This document shows, piece after piece, positions 1 to 12,201 of a DNA stretch of 64,000 nucleotides. The notes below the pieces were generated by a model that saw nothing but the letters and a program-made list of their open reading frames with translations, was not told the origin of the DNA and did not search any database. The first letter of the stretch is position 1. Every line of letters starts with the position of its first letter. A program made the translations under genes and the position numbers. The stretch comes from Trichoplax sp. H2 (lineage: Eukaryota). The stretch covers positions 1-64,000 of the forward strand of contig NOWV01000240.1 in assembly GCA_003344405.1 (NCBI GenBank), in the 5' to 3' direction.

Positions 1-2
1 AG

Positions 3-179
3 CATTTTAATACATACAGTTAACTGAAAGATTACTCCAAAAATCTGCTCATATGCTAGATATCGGTAAAGTATCAATAAATTGATATAAGTTGATACTT
101 TACCTATCCATTTTTATACATACAGTTAACTGAAAGATTATTCAAAAAATCTGCTCATACAGTATGCTAGGTATCGGTA
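3..179. repeat. Direct repeat of ~66-70 bp (3-68 and 109-179)
   Basis: CATTTT(A/T)ATACATACAGTTAACTGAAAGATTA..AAAAATCTGCTCATA..TGCTAG.TATCGGTA occurs twice. Confidence 0.85.
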
Positions 180-611
180 TAAAATACTGTATTTGCTTGT
201 TAGTTTTAGTTACATTTTCTTCCGGTTTAAGCGTCTAAAACGAAATAAAAGACGCTGTACACCAGATCACAGGTTCTATCTTAAGAGACCATGACAGACT
301 TTACAATGCAATTTACAACAGTATTTTCGTATTGAGTAAAGTGTTACTCCCAGCCAGGCAACAATATTCCGCGAGCATCAGTAAAGACATTTAGTAGTAA
401 TAAAAATATTATTAAAACAGGTCATCCATGAGACGTTTTTGATACTACCATATGCTATTGAAGTAAGCAAAACGATTCCTCTTTATGAGTAGCAAATATA
501 CAAATTATCTAGTGTATCACCAGTGAGAGTACTCCGTGTAGTGTATTCGGCAATGAGCCAGCCGAGGATCCAAGAGGTTGAAGTACGCAATGAAGAACTC
601 AGTGCGAGAGA

Positions 612-907
612 AATAGTCTTACTTATTTTAAGGAGTACTCGCGAGCATAAGAGTAGTGCAAAAACTGTTTGATTAATTAGATATAACTACGGGATACCTT
701 TAGCTTACTGTATACAGTAAGAAGTATGTGGTAGCGTTACAACACAGAGCGATTACCTTGGTAATAGTCTTACTTATTTTAAGGAGTACTCGCGATCATA
801 AGAGCAGTGCAAAAACTGATGGATTAATTATATATAACCACGGGGTAATTTTAGCTTACTTAGTAACAAGTATGTGGTAACGGTCAATACAGAGCGATTA
901 CCATGGT
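612..907. repeat. Tandem duplication, ~150 bp unit (612-762, 763-907)
   Basis: Both copies start AATAGTCTTACTTATTTTAAGGAGTACTCGCGA and end CAGAGCGATTACC(T/A)TGGT. Confidence 0.9.
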
Positions 908-1060
908 GTTCGTCTATTCAAACACAACACTAGGGTTATTTTCAAGGGAAGACAGTGGTACTATCGCTCGTTATCCTTCGTGTACTTAGTTATTGGCGTA
1001 CATTACATTACTTGTATTTTTTTTATACTTTACTGTACAACATTATAAGTACTGTTGGTT

Positions 1061-1190
1061 ATTGACAAGATAACCAAAAATAGAAGGTATTTTTATAGTG
1101 TGAACTATTGCATCTTTAGATAAGATGATCGGCTTGTGCCACTAGTACGATGAGCAAATATATAGTTACATGTCGGCACATGTCAATAGA
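1061..1190 (-). pseudogene. Relic fragment of a C2-C6-type carboxylesterase (FAHRTSGT...H...FGY region)
   Basis: CCACTAGTACGATGAGCAAATATATAGTTA at 1139-1168 is identical to the C2/C3 sequence encoding NYIFAHRTSG; the flanks align with decay to the HTME..PYVFGYP region; no other part of the gene remains. Confidence 0.8.
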
Positions 1191-1239
1191 GAGGAGGTCA
1201 CGATTACGGTTTAATATTGATATTGAAAAAATTTATTTA

Positions 1240-1574
1240 TTTTGTAAACCTTATAGAAGGTATCAAAAATAATTTTCTAACGCTAAAATAAGGAAAAAGA
1301 CAAGTTCCTTCATGCATATTTAACTATGCAATATATATTGTCTTTTTGTAAACGGTTAAAAAAGGTATCATTAATATATTTCTAACGCTACAAAAAGGAA
1401 AAAAGGCAAATTCCCTTTAGGACATTTAACTATACAACTCTTAAAATAGCATTATCTTTGCAAATGTTTAAAAAAAGGTATCAAAAATAAATTTCTAACA
1501 CTACAAAAAGGAAAAAGACAAGTTTCTTCAGTGACGTTTAATTATGTAGCTCTTAAAATTAAAATAGCACCATC
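1240..1574. repeat. Three diverged tandem copies of a ~105-115 bp unit
   Basis: AAGGTATCA..AATA..TTTCTAAC(G/A)CTA.AA.AAGGAAAAA..CAA.TT recurs near 1257, 1362 and 1476. Confidence 0.85.
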
Positions 1575-1880
1575 TCTTATTAAACATTCGATCTTGCTCC
1601 GAATGAGTGATTTGGTATTTAGGATAGTCTATGTACCCGCTAAGGTTGATCTATGTGTTGATAGTTAGCACAGACGTGTATGCATCGTATAATGGTTCTA
1701 TGTCGTTACTGACTAAGAATGCGATCCATGGAGTAAAACTTAACAAAATGATTTTTCTGGCTATAATTGTTAGTCCTATAATGATAATAAAATCGCAACT
1801 ATGACTACAGTATTATTATATGTTTATTCGGTGCATTTTTCTACTTATCTGTGAAATCAGCTGAGCAAGAAATTCACCCT

Positions 1881-3930
1881 CTAGACCAATACTTCTTTAC
1901 TACGCCGACAACGCATTGCAAGTAAGATAACCACAATGATAAATAATCCTGCACTCACTCCAATCAAGGCGTAAGTAGCAACCTTGAAAGTTGAACTCTG
2001 TATAACAGAGCCAGAGGAAGTAGTTACGGATTGAGTCGGAGATTGAGTTGGAGATTGAGTGCTAGCGGTAGGATTATTAGCTACCATAAATTTCTTGTTT
2101 AACAAATTATTAAAGAAAGCAATTTGATTACGCTTGTAATTGGTTACAGGATTATAGCCTTTGGCTGTAATAGTCAAGTAGTAAGTACTACTACTTGTGT
2201 ATTCTGGCCAAGAAATCCTTGTAGTGGATGGATCCCTTAAGATTTAAGTAAAACAGTTGAAGTAACTATTAGTTATATAGCACATAAGTTGTAAAATTGC
2301 GATAACTGTATTTTGGACGATTTAATTTCTATTCATCGAGTTTTAAATAATCTGAATTGTATACTAATATACTGCAGTAATTTATTTACAGTATAACTGA
2401 AGCCGATCAACTACTGAGTTTTTCTTTTAAACACTACAAGATATTAATCATTCTAGTTATAAGATGGAAAATTACATGATCCAGTACTTACCCAGTGCGT
2501 ATAAAATTTCCCCACATAGCCATCATATCTTTACTCAAATCAATTTCTGCAGAACTAAAATTTGATAAAAAGCCGAAAGGCTTATTGACTGGATAGCCAA
2601 AGATGTAGGGTAGTTCTACGCCATGAGTCGCACCATTTTTAGGTTTAAAATAGGCTGATTGATTTGTTCGATGAGAGAAAACATAGGTATAGGTAGGTGA
2701 ATAAGTAGAATGATGCCCGGCAACGAAATCAGCGGGTGCAAGGAAGAGTGAATCAGTAGTTAATTCCGCTAACATGAGCCAATTACTTGATAGAGAATTG
2801 ATGTTTTCTTTGTAATTTGTGTATCGGTTGATAGTAACATCTTGTCCTAAATCATTATATACTCCAGTAAGCGAGGATTTTATAAGGCCTACAAACATTG
2901 GCCTATTTACATAAGAAGGTATGAGTGAGTAGCCATCTTGAGCTGAAGTTCCTATTAGTAGATTGGTTTTCTTAAATCGACCTGCTGCCCAAGCTTTTCT
3001 AGGATTCTCTGCAATTAATTTACCGTCTACGGTAATACCAAAAAATCCGCCATTCGCTAATAATAATGAAGCGGATGCTTTTAAAATTGCTGCCACACTT
3101 AAACTACGTACACACTGAGTCACGGCAGCAATAGTAGTGCCATTACATCCTGCTTGTTTGCCAAACTTCAGGAAAGCTTGACGAGCTTCTGCCATGGAAT
3201 TATAGATAAAGCCATCAAGTATGGCTCCACTTTGCATAATAGTATAACGATATAGATCATAGCTACTAGGCATTATTGAGTGAATTCCTACGGAGAATGA
3301 ACCAGCTGAGAACCCAGCAACAGTAACCGCTTCTTTATTACCGCCAAAGTTTTCAATATTGTCTTGTACCCACCTTAAAGCCATTTGTTGGTCGAGTATT
3401 CCTAAATTAGGCTGAATAGCATCATTACCGGGATTATCTTCACCAGATGTCAGGAAACCCAAGGCACCCAATCTGTAGTTCATGGAGACAATAACGATAC
3501 CTTCTTTAGCTGCTAGTGTTTGCATCTTCCAAAAAGATCCACTACCACTAATGAAACCGCCTCCATGAATCCATACCAGAACGGACATATTAGCAGTAGC
3601 GACTGGTCTTGTAGTGAAAACGTTAACATATAAGCAATCTTCATTCAAATTAACACTTAGGCGTTGAGGGCAAGAACTTTTATATCGGCTTGCGTTTAAA
3701 ACGCCAGACCAAGGGGATGTTAAAGCTTTCGGTGGCATAAAGCGTAATGGGCCGATTGGAGGTTGAACGTAAGGAATGCCCAAATAGGAATGAACTGTTG
3801 TTCCATCAATTATCTCTGAGTTTCCTCTAATGAGACCTTTATCTGTTCTAACAATGATTTGGCCGGAACTATTAGGCACAAATAATATTAAAACTAGTGC
3901 TGAAAGAATCCATGAAAGGTGTACTGCCAT
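1881..3930 (-). CDS. C1: type-I membrane carboxylesterase (exon1 3930-2492, exon2 2235-1881; ~597 aa)
   Basis: Signal peptide; LGIPY.PP; EDCLY; HGGGF; GFSAG nucleophile; GTSAQDG acid; GATHGVE His; GG|GTAAGT donor and TAAG|G acceptor join in frame to GDPSTTRISWPEY; TQSP-repeat stalk, TM helix, tail RCRRSKEVLV. Confidence 0.93.
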
Positions 3931-4480
3931 CCTCGTTTTTATTTGAAATGTCGAACAATCGTTTCCAACTATTCTAAATGCTTATATAAGGGTAAGGGAG
4001 GACCTGGTGTTAATTTACTCGATCAACAATGAAAAATACACTTAGTTAGTGAGTACTTTGGAGCAATAAGCCTAGGAAAGTAGCGGTACTAATGGCATAC
4101 CATAAATAGGGCTACTAAAAATGACTATCAGAAATACCTCTAGTACACAGCCAATAGTCAGTTTAATTAACTAACAACAAACGACAAGCAAGGGATTGCA
4201 AAGTTGGTTTTGTGCAGTATGGTATACGGCTTCATTAGTACCGTATAGTAGAATGACCAAGAAAATGACAAGCCTCCACTTTAATTAAGACAGAATGTAA
4301 GTTTCCCGTCTCTCTTTATATTTTTAATAGCCACTGCTATAGTAATGATGATGACGTAAAGACTATTTAGCTCTATAATATATGATGTCAGGTGATCAAG
4401 AACAACAATTTCTCATAATGGAGATGCGACAAATCATCCTGACCTCGGTAGAAACTTAGTTTGACCTCTATTATGCCTCC

Positions 4481-4816
4481 ATATTGGACGGACTGGCTAT
4501 ATACCATGAGCGAGGTATAAAGGTGTTGCGATATAGATCGAAAATAGAAACGGCGTAATGTAATCTACTGTATATTATGACAAAAGTAAACAAGTTATGC
4601 AATCGAATTGGGTGATATTGTAGAACATTCCTATGATAGCTCTACCATACCTCTACATTGGATGGACTGACTGCATGTCACGAAGAGCTATAAGAAAAAA
4701 AAGCGTTGGGATTTACATTAAAAATCAAAAGGGGTGCAAAGCAATCAATATTATGACAACATAAACAAATTTATGTAATTGAATTCAATGATATTATAGA
4801 ATATTTCTATGATAGC
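4481..4816. repeat. Diverged tandem duplication, ~175 bp period
   Basis: ATTGGA(C/T)GGACTG...TATTATGACAA..TAAACAA...TGATATT(G/A)TAGAA.ATT.CTATGATAGC occurs at 4481-4640 and 4656-4816. Confidence 0.75.
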
Positions 4817-5344
4817 AATTTGGCACGGAAGTGTATTCCATTAAATTGATGAAAATTTAGGAGACGAGATAGTGAACTCGATGAGCTGTTTACGACCAGT
4901 TTTGCGATCACATGGTCACAATTCAATTCTATTCACACCTACCATTCAAGGAAACCTGATGATGTCATTTTAGGATATAAACCAATTCATGGCTTTTCTT
5001 TTTACCTTACTCCATCTCTATCGCATGGAACATCTATGGACTGCCTGTCAGGAATGATACACTACCATAGTTAATTACATCTACAGGTTATTATGCTAAT
5101 AACGTTGCTGCTGCATGTTTACAAAGTCAGCAAGATGGTACGTTTCTTTGCGTTGCGCTCAATGGATTTTGAATTAACATGAAATAGTTTGACTTAGTTA
5201 TAGATCATCGTGGATACCGACAATTGGCTATTTTAAGCTTGGTAAAATCTTGATATCGATTATAACAGGCCTCATTCGTGCAATGGACAACAAAATTTTT
5301 ATTAACGGAAGTTTTATTTCTAGGCCTTAATGTTCAGCAAGCAT

Positions 5345-5665
5345 CAGTTACTAGAACAAAGAAGCAATATAATATGAACACAGATCATAGAATGAGGTTT
5401 TACTGATGTTGCAATGTTATCATTGCCAACGCACAAGAAGAAGAGCCAAGTTCTAGTTGTATCTAATTAAATTAAAAATCATTTCTTCACACCCAATAAT
5501 AATACAGTTACTAGAATAAAGAAGGAATATAATATGAACACAGATCATAGAATGAGGTTTTACTGATGTTGCAATGTTATCATTACCAACGCACAAGAAG
5601 AAGAGCCAAGTTCTAGTTGTATCTAATTAAATTAAAAATCATTTCTTCACACCCAATAATAATAC
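5345..5665. repeat. Near-perfect tandem duplication, 160 bp unit
   Basis: Units start CAGTTACTAGAA at 5345 and 5505; only about 3 mismatches by eye. Confidence 0.95.
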
Positions 5666-5879
5666 GTATGTTACGTATTATTGATAGGCTCAAATTTTCA
5701 TCTCCAGTAAACAATGTCAAAGTAAAGGTAGATTGTCAACCCACTTTTTATATATTAATTTACTCTTAGCACTTTTGACAGAAGCTACTTTATCATCGGT
5801 AATACTGTATTAGCACTAATAATTGTCAATAGTTAAAAGATTCCACTTCAAATTAAACTTCTAACTTGCACTAATTAAC

Positions 5880-7992
5880 TTATACTAGTTTAGCTCTATG
5901 CATTTTGCAAAACAAAATGGCAACTATTATTAATAATACTCCAGATATTCCAGCCAGAACAAATGTGGCAATCATATATGTAGATTCCGAGGAATGGGAT
6001 TCTTGCAGAGTAGTGATATTAGTTGGAGTCATTGTAGAATGAGTAGCTTGAATAGAAAGTTGAGGAAGGTACTGATTCCAAAAGGCTGCTTGTGTTGCAA
6101 AAAAATTATTTTTAACTTGGAAATTAGGAGCAATCCATAAGTACTTTTTTGTGTCTTGTGTATACTCCGGCCATGTGATGGGAGAACTTAAATCTGTTGG
6201 ATTTCTATGGAAAAGAATAATAAACCAGAGAAATAAGTTAAACATTAATAAGAATAGAGTGTTAAAACTGACTTTCGCCAATTTATATTCCTTGTTGGCC
6301 ATACTAGCAAACTGAACATTTCCCATATATAAATGCTTAATATATTTGCAGCTAATACACATTCTGTAAATGATAAAATTACGCTATAAATAATTATAAT
6401 TTATCTATTACTGATATTGCCTTTGTTAGTGATAGTATAATTACAGTATTTTAAACTATCTTTACTTACCCATTCCGGACAAAATTACCCCAATACGACA
6501 TCATATGTCTGCTTAATTCTTGTTCTTCGGCGTTAAATGTTGTCGGAAATCCGGCTGGATTATCGACAGGATAACCGAAAACATAAGGTACTTCCATAGT
6601 ATGAGTTATCTTTAGATAAGCTGGTCGGTACGTCCCACTAGTACGATGAGCAAATATATAGTTAAAAGTCGGTACATATCGAGAAAATTGATCTGCATAA
6701 TACTCGTTAGGTATAGCAAAGACGAAATCGTTAAATAATTCTCCATATTGATCTCGATTCGATATCGGCGAATTAAAATTAGACCAATTTGTATACTGAT
6801 ATTGTATCGATAATTTTACACGTTGACTTGCAAACGGAAAGGCGTTGTTAGTAATAGCTATGAAACCTTGACGTGGTATTCCTTGTGCAATACTTCCGGG
6901 ATTAGGTAAACCAAGAAGACCGAAATAGCCATCATTTAATGTAGTACCCATCATAATACTAACTTTATGAAATCTTCCCGCTGGTATAGCTGTATGTAAG
7001 GCTTCTCGTATAGTACTGGCATCAGCAACGGGAAAGCTAAGAGCAATATTATTTGATCGTTGAACAATTTGGAGACTTATTAACTGCTGTACAGTTAATG
7101 CTTGTAGACATTTGACGATTAGTGATGTTGTATTTCTTGTACAGTTAGCTGACGAAACAAATCGTTGATAAGATGTCTTGGCTACAGCAAGTGAAATTGG
7201 AAACGCGATACGTGATTGAATGAATGGTAGTGTAGCTCCGTAAGGTGCACTTTGAGATATTACACCTCTAAATAATCCCTTACTAGAAGGCATAACTACG
7301 TGGTATATAGCAGATCCGCCGCCTGCTGAATTTCCAGCTAACGTGATAAAATCTGGGTTACCTCCAAAATTTTCAATATTATCTTTAACCCATTGTAATG
7401 CTAAACTTTGATCTTTTAAACCATTATTAGCTAGTATAGCTCTTTTAGCAATGTCTTCTTCGCCGGATGTCATAAAACCTAGAATACCTATTCGATAGTT
7501 AATAGTAACTACGACGATACCTTCATTGGCAGCTAAGATTTGACCAGACCATCGCGCCCCTGAACCGCTATCGTATCCACCGCCATGGATATACACCAAT
7601 ACAGACATATTGCCAGCACTAGAAGGATTGGAAGTAAATATATTTAGGTATAAACAGTCTTCGCTAGTTTTACTGGCTAGTGAGTTGGGTTCAATATAAA
7701 AGTTTATCGGAAGTCTTTGCGGACAACTGTATTGATATTGAGTAGCATTTAAGACGCCATTCCAAGATTTGACTGGTACAGGCGGTTTAAATCGTAATTC
7801 ATTAATAGGTGGTTGAGCGTATGGAATACCGCGATAGGTGAATTGAGTTCGACCGTTCGTTATAATCGTTTTCCCACTAACTAAACCGTTTTTCGTAGGA
7901 ATAATAAGTTGTGCATTCGAAAATGGCATTACAATAGCCAACACTATAATAAAGCATGCTAAGATTTGAAATATAAGATGTTTTAGAGCCAT
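5880..7992 (-). CDS. C2: type-I membrane carboxylesterase (exon1 7992-6470, exon2 6204-5880; ~615 aa)
   Basis: Signal peptide; HGGGY; GNSAG; GTTLNDG; THTME; phase-2 intron GG|GTAAGT...ATAG|A giving GNPTDLSSPITWPEY; S/T stalk, TM, tail KMHRAKLV. Confidence 0.93.
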
Positions 7993-8171
7993 GACGAAAG
8001 CGTCGTTACTCGGACGATTTGATTACGCTTGTGTAGTTCAATTTGACTGAACTCTAGCTAGAATCCTTCTACTTATAATATTAATTAATTTAATTCGATT
8101 TATTACGACAGGTAGTACCTTATATCAATAATTTGTGAACTTTGCTACTTCAACAAATAGCAGTTGTTATA

Positions 8172-8195
8172 GTGGGTGTGGTCAGCAATATGGTT
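8172..8195 (-). promoter_or_regulatory. Conserved upstream element of C2 (ACACCCAC, CACCC-box/KLF-like)
   Basis: Plus-strand GTGGGTGT-n4-5-RCAATAYGGT lies 180 bp upstream of the ATG; same block upstream of C3, C4 and C6. Confidence 0.6.
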
Positions 8196-8989
8196 TCCCT
8201 TTAAACAATAAGCATTTAAATTGCGCAGCCGCTATCGCAGTTGTTCTTGGACTTATTATGGCCGTATGGAAACAATAGAGTTTATACCAGAAGCATTTAA
8301 GTCAAGAATTATATACTAGTACGCAGAATCGCCTAGATGGGGCGTTGTCAATCGATTGTAGTTACTTCCTGTTATATGAGTACAGTATATTCGAGAATAG
8401 CGTTTATGATAATGATTGATAAGCTAAATTATTTTCCTGATCGCTAAAATTGATATATACAGATTCATAGTAGCCAATAAATACAGTAAACGATACTGTA
8501 TCTGTGTCTGTAAAGTTAACGAATATAAGGAACACTATAATTTCGAGTGTTAGCTACAAATAGGATATTACGAGTATGACCTAAAATCTTGAAATGCCGT
8601 ACATTAAGATTGATACATACGACATTTGCAATCGTAATAATCAAGAAATATAACAAGAAATATCTTAAGCGCATAAAAATTATGAAACACAAGCAGCCGT
8701 ATGAATTCTAAACAGAAGCTAAAACCTGAGATATGAAGGCCTATCAGTAACTCTTAAAATATGTAGACCGAGATACCAGTAATATCAGCTGCAATTAAGA
8801 TACAGCATAATATTATAAAACAAATATCACTGTTTAAAAATATTCCAGTGCTTATTGATACCTTGAGATTAATAATGAAGGACAATATGGTAGTGAATAT
8901 AGCAAGTTAACGACAAGTTACTACATATCTCAGTTAGCCATTTGCAAATTTAAATATCAAAACAGATCCCCTTTCTAGCATTATCACTA

Positions 8990-9017
8990 CTAGTCGAGAA
9001 CCCGTTCAATGAACGGG
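8990..9017 (-). mobile_element. Helitron-like 3' terminus (5' end not located)
   Basis: Minus strand reads CCCGTTCATTGAACGGG-TTCTCGA-CTAG|T: a GC-ended hairpin 7 nt before CTAG, followed by host T. Confidence 0.45.
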
Positions 9018-12000
9018 AACGTATACTGCACAACACGTTATACTGAACAAAATTCAGAGCTAGGTTATTAGACCATGTATGAATCCTTCTTAGTGCGAGA
9101 TAGCTAGCTTACGAATAAATCTGAGTCGAGGGCGGGATTCGGGTTAAGAATTTCTATAATGATACAGTGTTTGTATATCAATTACACTCATTCCGGGTTA
9201 GAAAATCAACAATTTGATCAAGTTTTATCCGGTTCGCGTTACATTTTCACTCCATTTAAGGACTCTACTGTTAATAAAGGTATCCAATTTTTGTTCTTTA
9301 TTCTAAGTTATTAGAAGGAACTTAAACATCATACAATTCTTTGTATCAGCCTAATACACGAAAAACTTCGTTATCGATTTACTACCCTCATACTAAAATG
9401 TATTAGTAAGAGAAAAGCCCATAAAATGATATACGATCGTATATTTAGCGTTTATTGGATGACCAAAATGAGATACGTAACAGAAGTGACATTTCTTTTC
9501 ATAATTTAAAAAAACAGAATGTTCGTAAGTTATTTCATCACGTTTTGTCCTGGTCCAGTGACGATAATATTTGGTTTCGTAATATCGTAAAGCTAATATC
9601 GAATATTATAATTACTACACTGACTAGGTTAAATAAAAATCAAGATAGAATTTAAACTGATACATGATAATAATTATTGCTTTAGAGTTGATTCATCAAT
9701 ACGTAGTACTTCATGAATATTATAACGAAATTGATGTGCTTGACTATAGATAACAGGCTGCAGCACGGTATACAAAATATGTATCTGAAATAGCTTAATA
9801 CTATATATGTTGTATCGATAACCTATAGCACGTTTAATCTGAATCTTTCGTGTTATTGCAAGAATAAATTAACGGTAGACTATGAATTTTAGTTCAAGAT
9901 TAGTCTTTGCAAACTCAACATGGAATATCTAAGTTAACTACCGTAATACACTATTATAGTAATTTAATTTTAGTCTAACCAGATGCAGTATAAAATTCGC
10001 AATACCTGAGTATAATATGTACTTTATCCTTGATTCATGTAAAAGTTTACCTATAACATATCGCATACAATTAAACTGAGATAAGTTAATAAGTTGTATC
10101 GATAACACCTTTAATTGTTATCTCGTAGTAATTAATTGTACGTATACGCGATGAATTAAAATTTAGGTCAAGCTTCTCAGTATAAATATAGTTTAAGTCC
10201 ATTATACTACGCTAACACTAGCTAATATATAATATTAATTTACTTGATTTGATTTCACTATTTTATTTATAGATTCATTATTATGCTTGATGTTACTTAA
10301 CTAAACTTGCCTAATCTAAACTAATTTAGATTACCCTAGATAAGTAACAATGACTGAGAAATGCACTTTCAAAATCTTCTAACTATATCTTTATTCTCGA
10401 AAATGCAAGTCTAATTTAATATTTAAAATCAATCATTTAAATAGCTATTCTAGCCATAAAACCGGTTTACGATGTGTGATATATTTCGACCAATAAGACT
10501 TCGAGAATACATTAAATTATTCCTAGTCTAATCTAGTGAATTTGTAATATTACTATAGATTAACTTTATGTTTGTCCTAGCTTATAATTAACAGGATTTA
10601 TATTGAAGTTGCCATTGACAATTCATATACCATATTTAGTATAATTTAACCTGTATTAGGAACAGGTTTGTATCGGCTATACTAAATCATCAAATAATTC
10701 ATGCACATATCCAAATTAATAACTATCTTAACATGATACATATATATGTCTAAATTAAGTAAGCTATCATTCATCACGGTAGATTCACTACCGTGACACT
10801 TGATCAGGTATAGGAGACAAAAAGTAGAGTTGATAATTTGATGAAAGAAACTGCCATAGTACAAGGTCAGCGGAAGAGAAGAGTACTGCTCGTTATCGCA
10901 GATAGATGCGTGTGTTTTTCCTTAACACGGTAAAATTTATAACTATTTCCAGCTTTTAGATTGGAAATAAAGTAGCTATTAATGTCGTATTGCTTTCAAT
11001 ACATATGTATGCGTATTCCTTAGCAATTCCATACATGTATTATAAGATCATAGATTCCTAAAATTCCTAAAATTACTGTCTGCAAAAGTTTAGGTGTCTA
11101 TCATATGGCATATTATTGTAGTATTACTCTTCATACCCCTGTCTACCTCTACGATCATAAATACGAATGTCAATGACTACGCTGGCAGATATACGTAATA
11201 CATCGAAGTACCTGGCACAAAGCAAATGATGATCCAATAAGATTTTAATGTACGTGTAGTGATGTACTCATATTTGATTATACGGATAGCTATGTTTGAT
11301 ATAGTTAAGTTACTTTGAATAGATATTATCGTGAAGCTAATATTAAATGATTGCTAACTAATATATTAGAAATTGTTGATGACTAATAGTAGCCACTTGA
11401 CTAATTATGGTACAAGATTTATGTAGCTAGAAATACTGTAGCTGTTAAGATGCCCTTCGGAGAAAGGGGCTAGACGTTAATAGAAGAGTAGTGGCATCTT
11501 AAGTAGAATGATTTAGATTTTAGAAAATAATGATGTACTATTTGAGAAAAGGATTTAGTTTGATGATTCATATCTGATTGTAGATTAATCAAATTGTCAT
11601 AAATGGATTTAACTAAATGTATATAAGAACTGCAGAGATGAACTCACGAGGCAAAGAGATTTCACTTCGCTTTGAGCTCGGAATACCTTAGATTTTAGAC
11701 TAGATTCCTGTAGTAATTAATTATCTCTCTACTATTCCTAAAATATTGTAATAAAAGCCTTTTAGAAAATACCATTTGACTAAGATAGTTATTGTGAGAT
11801 GCATTTATTATGTTATGCTATATAAGATCTCTGTAATTCAATATTCTGTAGAGTTAAGATCACAATACTGGTAGCGTGAGCTAAGAAAAACAATAAGGTT
11901 ATCTAATATGCAATACACGTATACCGATAATTAATATTCAAAATACTGTAAGTTAAGCATTCGTTACGGCTAGGACATAATTTGGATTAAATTTATCGAC

Positions 12001-12201
12001 AAAATTGAATTTTTAGCTCATATAAAAACATCATACTAAATACCGGCTACGATACCATCAATAGAACATTATTCTAATATATTTAATTTCGATCGTTTAC
12101 AGCATATAAGCATTAAGTTGATGAATTTTTATTAGTAATAATAAACAATTCTTAAATAAAAAGTTCAATCTTTATATGTAATTCTACACAGTACTACTGT
12201 G

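Noticed and set aside
612..1574. Repeat clusters as a CRISPR array
   Set aside because: Long diverged units without unique spacers, eukaryotic context, no cas genes
5880..6362. N-terminal parts of ORFs 5880-6362, 59559-59828 and 63506-63991
   Set aside because: Intronic read-through upstream of the true acceptors (6204, 59802, 63923)
11445..11502. TTAA-GATGCC...GGCATC-TTAA as a piggyBac-like mini element
   Set aside because: Inverted repeat is short, termini lack piggyBac CC(C/T), and no second copy was seen
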